NCBI GenBank assembly: GCA_003135455.1
Contig: PLBV01000125.1
Coordinates: 16,458-80,457, forward strand
From: Hyphomicrobiales bacterium
Lineage (GTDB): Bacteria; Pseudomonadota; Alphaproteobacteria; Rhizobiales; Methyloligellaceae
DNA length: 64,000 nt
Direction: 5' to 3'
Shown here: positions 1-8,017 of the stretch, in pieces
Layout: every line of letters starts with the position of its first letter
How positions within the stretch are numbered: the stretch's first letter is position 1
The notes under the pieces: generated by a model
Databases searched by the model: none
Seen by the model: the letters and a program-made list of their open reading frames with translations, nothing else
What the model was told of the DNA's origin: nothing
Made by a program: the position numbers and the translations under genes

Positions 1-2
1 TT

Positions 3-308
3 CGGCGCGCTCTACAGGCCCCCGCCCGGCAAATCGCCGAGAATGCGGGCGAGGACGGCGCCGTGGTTGTCGGCAAGATCCTCGACAATAGCGATTATGC
101 TTTCGGCTACAACGCAGCGTCCGGCGAATATGGCGACCTCGTCAAGCAGGGCGTCATCGACCCGGCCAAGGTCGTGCGCACGGCGCTGCAGGATGCCGCT
201 TCCGTGGCCGGCCTTCTCATCACCACCGAGGCGATGGTGGCCGAGAAGCCCCGAAAGAATGCCCCGCCGATGCCAGGTGGCGGCGGCATGGGCGGCATGG
301 ACTTCTAG
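3..308 (+). CDS. groEL: Chaperonin GroEL, 3' end (partial)
   Basis: Frame reads [25 protein letters not shown]...[27 protein letters not shown]...[10 protein letters not shown], the canonical GroEL C-terminus. Confidence 0.98.
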   Translation, partial: RRALQAPARQIAENAGEDGAVVVGKILDNSDYAFGYNAASGEYGDLVKQGVIDPAKVVRTALQDAASVAGLLITTEAMVAEKPRKNAPPMPGGGGMGGMDF

Positions 309-344
309 GGTCCATTCGCACCAACAGTTGCTTTACCTGAATTG

Positions 345-379
345 GAGCCGCGCCGATCGAGGCGCGGCTCTTTTGTTTT
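345..379 (+). terminator. Intrinsic terminator after groEL
   Basis: Perfect 10-bp stem GAGCCGCGCC-gatcga-GGCGCGGCTC followed by TTTTGTTTT. Confidence 0.88.
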
Positions 380-412
380 GCCAAGCCCACCCGCCGGCGC
401 CACCATCTCGTC

Positions 413-560
413 ATGGCGAAGGCGCCCACCAAATCCGGACATGTGCGCGTCGGCATCGGCGGCTGGACCTATCCGCCGTGGCGGGGGACGTTCTATCCAA
501 GGGTCTCCCCCAAGCTCAAGAGCTCGGCTATGCCGGCACCAAGCTCACCTCCATTGAAAT
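413..560 (+). pseudogene. DUF72/YecE family gene, 5' fragment, split by the integrated element and carrying a 1-nt frameshift near 499
   Basis: MAKAPTKSGHVRVGIGGWTYPPWRGTFYP, then in a shifted frame KGLPQAQELGYAGTKLTSIEI; continues as LTSIEINATFYR at 16018. Confidence 0.9.
544..560 (+). repeat. attL core CTCACCTCCATTGAAAT
   Basis: 15/17 match to 16018-16034; first 11 bp identical. Confidence 0.88.
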
Positions 561-625
561 TTTTGAGGGCTCAGCGAAATGCTAACTGCCTAGACAACAA
601 GGCGTTTCCGAGTTCAGGCGCTGGA

Positions 626-647
626 CGCTTTAAAACCGCTTTAGAAA
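626..647 (+). promoter_or_regulatory. Probable integrase arm-type sites (tandem CGCTTTAAAAC / CGCTTTAGAAA)
   Basis: CTTTAAAACCGCTTTA (628-643) recurs exactly at 15881-15896 near the other end. Confidence 0.7.
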
Positions 648-791
648 CATCGCGGGTTCATTGTCCTATTTAATTGGGCCGTAGGGATTGAAAATCATTG
701 TCCGCATTTTTATAATCCTGGGGATCGCGGAAATCCGTCAGCGCACTAGCGCAGGAGACCGAAAGCGAGGTTTTGCACTCGTGGAGGTCTC

Positions 792-1079
792 ATGGCAGCG
801 AAATTCCCTTCAATCAAATTGGTGCGGCAACCCGAGGTCTGTGAGGCACTCGGCATTGTTCGCATAACGCTTGACCGCTGGGTGCGAGGTGGGGCGTTCC
901 CAGCGCCGATCCGCATCTCCGAGAAGACCTACGCTTGGCGCCTGGCCGACGTCGAGGCCTGGATCGCGCAACGCTCGCGCTCGAGGAAGAGACGCAAGCC
1001 GCGCGGTTCACTCATGCAAGGCGACGAGCTTGTAGTCATGTCCCCAAAGCTGACGAAGGGGAGGACGGCTCATGCTTGA
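792..1079 (+). CDS. AlpA-family HTH regulator/excisionase
   Basis: LVRQPEVCEALGIVRITLDRWVRGGAFPAPIRISEKTYAWRLADVEAWI; GGAGG RBS; next to att. Confidence 0.9.
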   Translation: MAAKFPSIKLVRQPEVCEALGIVRITLDRWVRGGAFPAPIRISEKTYAWRLADVEAWIAQRSRSRKRRKPRGSLMQGDELVVMSPKLTKGRTAHA

Positions 1080-1290
1080 GCGCCCGATTAGGGGGCCTCG
1101 GTCACCCGTCCGATCCGGGCTCGCTGCCCCTCGGGGCTGTTATGGGACCGGCGACGGCCTCAGCGGCTCTCCGGGCCTTGGGACGGGGCTGGAGAAAGCC
1201 CACAGCGAACATGGGAGAAGGCCCGACGATGCGGATGCCCAACAATTGTTGGGCACCCACATGGGCGTGAGCCGCTTATGTTGAGATAAG

Positions 1291-1396
1291 AAGAACCCCG
1301 CCGGTTATGGAGCGGCGGGGCCTTCAATTTGGTGCAATGGTGGTGAAACAATTGCAATGAGGCAAATAACAGCACCTCCCGACAATTGCAATCCCC
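1291..1396 (-). ncRNA. Candidate small RNA unit A (promoter-like TTGCAA-N17-TATTTG plus terminal hairpin)
   Basis: Hairpin 1296-1320; motif set shared with 4065-4201. Confidence 0.35.
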
Positions 1397-1812
1397 GTTG
1401 CGCCCTGCATCATAGCCAGCGCACTGAGCGCTCCGGGCCGAGGGGCTATCCAGGCCATCGTCGGATCCCCGGATCAACCGCCGGAGGGCACCGGCATCAG
1501 CAAAGCTGGGCGAGATCGGTCCCATCCCGACTTATAGCCCGCATGGAGAGGGTTTGGGGAGCGCGAATGCTTCATCCCTCATGGCCCGGCGATTGCCAGA
1601 AGCTTGCCGGATCACCAACCGCGACACACTCAAAGAGCGCAGGGGCAACACGGTCGCCTGTCCCACTGAGCAGCCACTAGGCTGTCATTGATCGCTCTGA
1701 CTTCTGGATGCGTGACGGCCGAGGGGTCATAGCGCTGTGGTCCTAAGCAGGACCACATGCGATCAAACCTCAGGATCATGGTTGGTTGCATAGACAATGT
1801 CATTGCAGGTCC

Positions 1813-1849
1813 TGGGCAGAGGTACAGCTAGACATGGGCAGAGGTACAG
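1813..1849 (+). repeat. Two exact 15-bp direct repeats TGGGCAGAGGTACAG at 22-bp period (iteron-like)
   Basis: Copies at 1813-1827 and 1835-1849; partial GACAGAGGT copy near 1885. Confidence 0.6.
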
Positions 1850-1926
1850 TTGGGGTAGATAGAGAGAATGGTGGTGATACGTCGGACAGAGGTGGGTTTT
1901 GAAATGACAAGTTAGGTTTGGTTGCA

Positions 1927-2283
1927 ATGACAGAGCACCGCCCTTCCACCCATAACGTAATTAGGACACTTGTGCTCCTGCATCCCACCATCTCAACGGA
2001 CGAATTGCAGCATGAGCTGCACGGTTTGGGTATCAACCTGTCCAAATTTGCGGTTGGCCAATTCAAACGCTCCTTCCTGGACGTTCTCCGTTTGCTCCGA
2101 GGATTTGACCTCCTCAGGGACAAACAGCCTCGTGTTCCCGCTTGGTTGAAGCAGCACCGACGAGAACGGCTCAAATTTGAGACAGTCCCCGAGGCACGGA
2201 GGCAACAACCGCGCGAAGAGCCACAACCAAAGCGGTTCAAGCCGTGGAAATCGACGTACAAGAAATGGCACTTTCCTGGCTAG
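1927..2283 (+). CDS. Hypothetical protein, possible HTH-like DNA-binding
   Basis: ISTDELQHELHGLGINLSKFAVGQFKR resembles an HTH pattern; basic C-terminus. Confidence 0.5.
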   Translation: MTEHRPSTHNVIRTLVLLHPTISTDELQHELHGLGINLSKFAVGQFKRSFLDVLRLLRGFDLLRDKQPRVPAWLKQHRRERLKFETVPEARRQQPREEPQPKRFKPWKSTYKKWHFPG

Positions 2284-2384
2284 ATGCCAGTTTGCTGCTC
2301 TCCCCATCCCTCGCTGCAAAATTGTTTAGTGAGACAAAAGTAGTAGGACTATGAATTCAGGTTGTTCCGTGCTTCCAGGGGCGG

Positions 2385-3326
2385 ATGTTAATGCCAGTTC
2401 CCGACTATCAATCCCTAATGCTGCCCGTCCTCAAACTTGCGGCGCAAGGCGAAACGCGCGTGCCGGACACTGAGGAGAAGCTAGCGAGTGAGTTTGGATT
2501 GACCCCGGAGGAGCGTGACCAGCTCCTGCCCAGCGGACGCCAAAGGGTGCTTCACAACCGCATCCATTGGGCAAAGTTTTACATGGTGAGGGCTGGTCTA
2601 ATTGATCAGCCTCGACGTGGGCGGTTTGTGGCAAGCCAGGAGGGGCGCGCCCTGCTCGCTCGAAATCCGGAAAAGATCAACGTCGATCTGCTGCTGGAAT
2701 ACCCTTCATTCTGCGAATGGTATCGCGGCGACAATGTCAACGACGCAGGGACAGGAGTGGCCGATCAAGAAGGAACTTCCGTTGGCCCACCGGCGCCCAA
2801 AACTCCGGAGGAACAGATAGAGAGCGCCCACTTAGCACTCCACGCGGCATTACGTGAGGAGCTCCTGCAACGCATGTTCCAGAATAGCTCCGGCTTTTTT
2901 GAGCAAGTAATCGTGGAGCTTTTAGTTGCGATGGGCTACGGCGGCTCCCTTCGCAATGCGGCGGCTCAACTTGGACGTTCAGGCGACGGCGGTGTTGATG
3001 GGGTAATCAACGAAGACCGGCTAGGCCTTGATCGCGTGTACGTGCAGGCCAAACGTTACGCGACGACACATTCGGTTGGCCGTCCGGATGTTCAGGGCTT
3101 CGTTGGCAGCCTTGTCGGGCTTGGCGCAACGAAAGGAGTGTTCGTGACAACTTCATCCTTTAGCCACCAGGCGCTTGAATTCGTGCGACACCTTTCTCAG
3201 CGCGTCATTCTGATCGATGGGCAAAGGCTTGCTGACCTCATGATCGAGCACAATGTAGGCGTGCGGCTCAATCGGGCGATTGAGTTCAAGCGTCTCGATG
3301 AGGATTTTTTTGCTCAGGACGACTGA
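2385..3326 (+). CDS. mrr: Mrr-family type IV restriction endonuclease
   Basis: N-terminal PDYQSLMLPVL...NRIHWAKFYM domain; catalytic GDGGVDG...VQAKRY...KGVFVTTS...LIDG. Confidence 0.95.
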   Translation: MLMPVPDYQSLMLPVLKLAAQGETRVPDTEEKLASEFGLTPEERDQLLPSGRQRVLHNRIHWAKFYMVRAGLIDQPRRGRFVASQEGRALLARNPEKINVDLLLEYPSFCEWYRGDNVNDAGTGVADQEGTSVGPPAPKTPEEQIESAHLALHAALREELLQRMFQNSSGFFEQVIVELLVAMGYGGSLRNAAAQLGRSGDGGVDGVINEDRLGLDRVYVQAKRYATTHSVGRPDVQGFVGSLVGLGATKGVFVTTSSFSHQALEFVRHLSQRVILIDGQRLADLMIEHNVGVRLNRAIEFKRLDEDFFAQDD

Positions 3327-3560
3327 AACATGAAGGACTTCGTCACTGCTTTACGTTCAGGAACAATAGCGCCCATCCCGGAAAGGCCCCCATCACGGGT
3401 GAGAACCTGTATTCGTTCTATTCGGACATAACGCAGATAGTACACAAAAATCCCAAGTTCGCTTTGCCTCTCTGAAGGCCGTCTCCATCTCGAGGGATGG
3501 ACAGATTGCTGCCCAGCCGCCCATCATCCCGTGCCCGATCCCCATTCTTGGAGAGAGCAC

Positions 3561-3953
3561 ATGCAGGAAAGGGCGACGCCGGTACCGATATGCCCGCCAA
3601 GAGAAGTCATCTATCTCAATCTCAATCTCGGCCCCCACATCATCTACGTCGATGTTCGGAACGACCCCAGGCCAACCCATTTGCGTTCTATGTGCCGTCA
3701 GATCCCGAAAGGATCAGGCGCATGGCGCGTCACGGACACATTCAAGAAGCAAGGGAACGGGCACAGCTTGAACGGCTCAGCCTCACTGGCACGGCAAGAA
3801 TGGAGAAGCGCAATCGCTGAACGTCTCCGTGCCCTCGGCCTATTAGAGAGACAAGTCGCGGCGCACATCGCCAACATCCCCATCTGCAAGCCACCCAAAC
3901 GAACCTACCCGTTCGAGACTGACGCCGAGGCCGACGCCTGGCTCACATTCTGA
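3561..3953 (+). CDS. Hypothetical protein
   Basis: ORF with GGAG-type RBS before ATG 3561; no recognised motif. Confidence 0.45.
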   Translation: MQERATPVPICPPREVIYLNLNLGPHIIYVDVRNDPRPTHLRSMCRQIPKGSGAWRVTDTFKKQGNGHSLNGSASLARQEWRSAIAERLRALGLLERQVAAHIANIPICKPPKRTYPFETDAEADAWLTF

Positions 3954-4064
3954 CCGCCCGAGGCCCCCATGTCATGTCCCTGAGAGCCTCTTGTCATATC
4001 GCAGGTCCCATTACAGCCCAGGACCGTTCCCGCCCCGGAACGGACGTCCTACCGGGGCTGTGAA

Positions 4065-4102
4065 ACAACAAAAGGCCCCGCCGACTGGAACGGCAGGGCC
4101 TT
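4065..4102 (-). terminator. Intrinsic terminator on the minus strand
   Basis: AAGGCCCCGCCG-loop-CGGCAGGGCCTT preceded on + by AAACAACAAA (U-rich tail on minus). Confidence 0.7.
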
Positions 4103-4222
4103 CGGTTTGGTGAACCACGTTGTGTGTGCAATCCGAAAGCCTTGTTGGGCACGAATTGCGGAAGAGACATTTTGGAGATCACTCGGGCAATTGCAATCCC
4201 CAGCGATCAGGAGTTTCAAAGC

Positions 4223-4651
4223 TCAACGCCTCTTAGGTCCGAAGCCTCCACCAACCAACTTGTCTCTCTCAGCCTGCTTCTTGGCTGTTTCCTTTGCGGC
4301 CTTCCGAAGCCACACAGCGTCAAGCTCCTCAATCCTTTTGCGGCCAACTGGGTCCTTGACGAAGCGAATGAAATTTAGAGGCCTCGGACCAAGTTCGCGA
4401 GGCATGGTCGTCCGGAACGAAATGAAGATTTCCTTGGGCGGCTTCTTCCATTTCGGAGGACGGTTCACAAGCACCTGATCTGGGAAGTCAACTGGGAGAG
4501 CAAAGCGGCAAGTGAAGATGTCGGCCGCAAGACGCTCAGCCTGCTCAGGGTCAAGCCAAGCCTCAAATACCCTGTCCTCATTTTCGAGGGTCAGGCAAAC
4601 ACGGCCCTTGCCCTTGCCCTTCCTTACCGTCACCTGTTTGAGCCGCTTCAT
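4223..4651 (-). CDS. Hypothetical basic protein
   Basis: 142-aa ORF; ATGA overlap with the upstream 46-aa ORF. Confidence 0.55.
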   Translation of the reverse strand: MKRLKQVTVRKGKGKGRVCLTLENEDRVFEAWLDPEQAERLAADIFTCRFALPVDFPDQVLVNRPPKWKKPPKEIFISFRTTMPRELGPRPLNFIRFVKDPVGRKRIEELDAVWLRKAAKETAKKQAERDKLVGGGFGPKRR

Positions 4652-4788
4652 AGCTGGCCCTTGCCCTCAGCCAAAAACCTATCTAGCACCTCGAGGCTGC
4701 GATGACCGGAAAGGGCATCATCGTCGAAACTAGCCACAGGCTGGCCCTCGATGTAATTCATTTCCCTTGGCCCGGCAAAGGCCTTCAT
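4648..4788 (-). CDS. Small hypothetical protein (46 aa)
   Basis: MKAFAGPREMNYIEGQPVASFDDDALSGHRSLEVLDRFLAEGKGQL; ATGA overlaps at both ends. Confidence 0.4.
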   Translation of the reverse strand: MKAFAGPREMNYIEGQPVASFDDDALSGHRSLEVLDRFLAEGKGQL

Positions 4789-5219
4789 GGACCAACGATG
4801 ACGTGCAGCGTGCAAGCTACTCCCAACATAGAGCACAAGGATCCCATTGAGGTTGTACCCGTGGCTGCATCACCCGAAAGCACTGTCCAGTGATAGAGTT
4901 TCGCCGCCGCAATAACTCGGATCTTCGACGATATGGCTTGCAGGCGATCCACGCTGGTTGGACAAAGCTCAATCAGTGCCCCAGCAACGTTCTCAAACTC
5001 ATCGTTCTCTTCGACATATTGAGGGTCAATACCGCGCAGCTGCTTGTACTCGGCGCCGTCCAGGTCTCGTAGTTCGTGGAGCGTGGCCCGAATAAACCGG
5101 AGTTGGCCAGCTGCTACTGCGGCGAAAAAGATTGGCCGAAGCGGATTTCCTGCTGGCGCGCAACAGCACAGGCAGGCTTCACAGTCAGGAACGTATACGG
5201 TCCCATTATCCAGAGGCAT
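4785..5219 (-). CDS. DUF4411-like PIN-fold protein (degenerate)
   Basis: VYVPD...GQLRFIRATLHEL...RVIAAAKLYHWTVLSGD...LCSMLGVAC pattern; overlaps the ImmA gene, the usual partner. Confidence 0.6.
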   Translation of the reverse strand: MPLDNGTVYVPDCEACLCCCAPAGNPLRPIFFAAVAAGQLRFIRATLHELRDLDGAEYKQLRGIDPQYVEENDEFENVAGALIELCPTSVDRLQAISSKIRVIAAAKLYHWTVLSGDAATGTTSMGSLCSMLGVACTLHVIVGP

Positions 5220-6363
5220 CGAGAGCCTCGGGAAAACGCTTTCTCGCAGCGATCTCTGTCTGCTCTAGCCATTTGGGTTTAAGTCGGGTGAACCGATAAA
5301 CGTCGATCTTGGAGAGCAGATTGTTTCTTACTGCCTCACCGATGACGATGGGCAAAAGATAACCGTAACGCGCTATGTGCCTTGTAACGACAGACGCACG
5401 GCGTATTTCTTGTTCGTCCTGTGGTTCATCCTCCGGGCTAGGGAGATTTCGACCCCGCATTCGGGCGAGCCAAGCTCCGTAGAAATCATTTATTAGTCCC
5501 AGCTCCGCTATTCGAATTGCCGTCGCTTGCTTGCTGATTTTGAACCTGTCGGAAAGCGAACTCACGAGAGTGAGGTAATCGTCACCAGCTTCTTGTAGTG
5601 CCTTCACAAACTCGGTTCGAAAAACGTCAGCAGGCATGATGACGTTTACTGTCACCTGATTACAAAACCGCTCGAGATTGTTTGTTAGGATGAAAGGATC
5701 CGAAACGCCCTCGGCTCTCAAGAGCGCGTGCACCAATTCATGGACCAGCGTGAAATTTTTAGTTTTGACCGTCTGTCCCCACGTGTTGATGAATATGAAA
5801 GGAGAGCTACTGCCCTTGGCTAGGCAGAAGCCCCGGAATGTCTCGTCCTTCACGCTTTCACATAGAACGGGGACGCCAAGCTGCTCTATCCTGGCCCGCA
5901 AATAGCGGAACGTCGTCAGTGGACCTTCGATGCTCTTGATCTTGGAAAAATCGAGAAGGTGGGAGACCGCGTCCGTGGCTGCCTGCACGCTGGTGTCGAG
6001 GGAAATACGAGGCGTGGCTTTCGGTTCCCTGCTGGGGGCGAGCTCAGAAAGCAAACTCCTGATCTGATGCGCTTGCTCTACGCGCCATGCTCCGCGTCTG
6101 CCGATTTTTGCCGGAGCATTGTTGGGAGTGCGAAAGTCGGGTAAGGGGACGGGAAGCGTCAGCTGCTTTGTGAAAAACACCTCCCTTGGAACGACATAGG
6201 CATCAGCGAGCTCCTTGAGCTCACCTGCCTTCGCGGGTTCACCTCCCTCTAATTCACGAAGCCTCTTTAGAGAAATTCGCGTCAGAGCAGCCGCGTCTTC
6301 GATGGTGAGTGCGCGGCTTTCCCTTGCCGATACAAGGGAACGCGGATTAGGAGTGTATTTCAT
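5206..6363 (-). CDS. XRE-HTH + ImmA/IrrE (M78) metallopeptidase
   Basis: N-terminal HTH (ARESRALTIEDAA...LRELEGG), PDFR motif, FTLVHELVH (HExxH), ERFCN. Confidence 0.9.
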   Translation of the reverse strand: MKYTPNPRSLVSARESRALTIEDAAALTRISLKRLRELEGGEPAKAGELKELADAYVVPREVFFTKQLTLPVPLPDFRTPNNAPAKIGRRGAWRVEQAHQIRSLLSELAPSREPKATPRISLDTSVQAATDAVSHLLDFSKIKSIEGPLTTFRYLRARIEQLGVPVLCESVKDETFRGFCLAKGSSSPFIFINTWGQTVKTKNFTLVHELVHALLRAEGVSDPFILTNNLERFCNQVTVNVIMPADVFRTEFVKALQEAGDDYLTLVSSLSDRFKISKQATAIRIAELGLINDFYGAWLARMRGRNLPSPEDEPQDEQEIRRASVVTRHIARYGYLLPIVIGEAVRNNLLSKIDVYRFTRLKPKWLEQTEIAARKRFPEALDASG

Positions 6364-6375
6364 GAGAAAAGCGCG

Positions 6376-6873
6376 TTGAGCTGGACTATGGACTGCCCGA
6401 AACTAGCCGATTTCAACAGTGTTATGCAGATCGGCTTTGCCATGAGTTTTGCGTTCTCAATCCTACGCGATTTTGTCTTGCGCGAGAGCAGCGAAAAGGA
6501 TCGACGTCTAGGATCCTTATTGCAGCTGGCCGTCACCATCCCTGATCCACAACGCAAACAAGAGTTCTTATCGGAGGCAAAAGGAATAAGGTCGCAAATC
6601 AGAATTGTTGATAAATCCCTGGAGCACCTCGGCACGATTTTCCTATTGCTATTAATTTCGAGTGCTTCTGCCTGCCTGCTGTTCCTCATAATTGCCGGCT
6701 TCAGCTCACGTGTTTGCGAACCTACCGTGAATATCATACTCGCCTTGGTACTATGCCTTGCACCTTCGCCTGTTCTTTTCAGCATTTTCTACATCGTGGT
6801 CACAGGCCGGTATAGGGACGTACAGGGGCGAATGGCTGCCATGGCAGCCGACTACCTCAACATCCAAATATGA
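6376..6873 (+). CDS. Hypothetical membrane protein
   Basis: About three hydrophobic segments; AT-rich; start uncertain (6376/6388/6424). Confidence 0.6.
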   Translation: MSWTMDCPKLADFNSVMQIGFAMSFAFSILRDFVLRESSEKDRRLGSLLQLAVTIPDPQRKQEFLSEAKGIRSQIRIVDKSLEHLGTIFLLLLISSASACLLFLIIAGFSSRVCEPTVNIILALVLCLAPSPVLFSIFYIVVTGRYRDVQGRMAAMAADYLNIQI

Positions 6874-7081
6874 TTTAGCGAAGTCCATCCCAAGCCCAAA
6901 GCCCAAACAAGCAGGTTTAAGTTCAGCAGGACATGCTGCGGAGATGCATGCCCCCTGCATGGCCAAATCTCGCGGTTGTTTTCACACCTAGTGAGAGACA
7001 GGCAGAGCGCAATCCCTTCCCCAGGAAGGGCAAGGCAAAACCTTCTACCTGATCCTGTAGACCTCCTGCAAATTGCAGGGG

Positions 7082-7555
7082 ATGAAAACGCACAATCAAC
7101 GCGGGCTCAAAAGGGCCAGGAACAAGGCCACTCAAAGCACCAAGCTGTACGGCAAACAGCTTTGCGGAAGGAGCAAGATCACCAACGGTAGCACGCTGTT
7201 GCCGTCAATTGATGGTCGCTCCATCTGGGCCAGGCGCCTCCGTGACCTGATCAGCCTGCACACCTCTGACCTCGGTGGCCTGGACAACCTCAGTCAGGCC
7301 GAACTCAGCCTGATCCGCAGGGCCGCAACCCTGACGGTTGAGCTTGAGCACCTCGAGATGCGGTTCGCACTGGCGGAGGACGGTGCCGAGGAGGGCCAGC
7401 TCAAGACGTACCAAATGACGGTCAACACCCTGAGGCGCACGCTTGAAGCACTGGGCTTGAAGAGACGAGCCAGAGACATCACGCCGAGCTTGGCCGAGTA
7501 CACGCGGATCAAGGCGCGTGAGAAGGCTGAGGCTGTGGAGGCAGAGGCCACATGA
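7082..7555 (+). CDS. Putative terminase small subunit-like protein
   Basis: Helical 157-aa protein (DGRSIWARR...LIRRAATL...LRRTLEALGL) upstream of terL; role inferred from position and size. Confidence 0.55.
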   Translation: MKTHNQRGLKRARNKATQSTKLYGKQLCGRSKITNGSTLLPSIDGRSIWARRLRDLISLHTSDLGGLDNLSQAELSLIRRAATLTVELEHLEMRFALAEDGAEEGQLKTYQMTVNTLRRTLEALGLKRRARDITPSLAEYTRIKAREKAEAVEAEAT

Positions 7556-7708
7556 GTACCCGGGGTATTCGACGAAGGCTGGAAATTCAGGAGAGGGTGG
7601 GGAGGCAAGCATGCACAGCAGGTTGTTGGTTGGAACGGGGGGTGGTCGATTTGGAAGGCAGGATGAGTGTTCTGAAAAATTTCTTAGAACCCAGGATGCG
7701 CAAGGGAC

Positions 7709-8017
7709 ATGAGTGCCACCGCCACTGACCTGTTGACCTTTGTCCGGGATATGGAACGTCAGCAAGTCTCTCCATTCAAATACGAGGATAAGCGTCTATG
7801 GGCTTTGGGATGCAGCATGCGGGAGGCTGCTCTTGCGGACGACGTTGTATCCGTTGCTGAGCACATCCGAGTGACACGCCTCGAACGGCTGTGGCGCATT
7901 GAGAATTGGCTGATGTTCCGCGAGCAGCGGCATCCGAAGATCGAGGCCTGGCTTCACACCCTGCTTGTTGAGATTGGGTGGCGGAGACCACTCCAAAATT
8001 CCGGAGTGGTCTCATGA
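7709..8017 (+). CDS. Hypothetical protein
   Basis: 102-aa ORF with ATGA overlap onto the terL start. Confidence 0.5.
   Translation: MSATATDLLTFVRDMERQQVSPFKYEDKRLWALGCSMREAALADDVVSVAEHIRVTRLERLWRIENWLMFREQRHPKIEAWLHTLLVEIGWRRPLQNSGVVS

Noticed and set aside
1072-1680. ORFs 1072-1284 and 1357-1680, in one frame and separated by a single TGA (possible readthrough or pseudogene)
   Set aside because: The translations are low-complexity G/P/R-rich with no recognisable motif; the region is better explained as a structured non-coding leader.
3402-3418. GAAC-N8-GTTC as a second LexA box
   Set aside because: It is an inverted arrangement with the wrong spacing for the alphaproteobacterial direct-repeat box.
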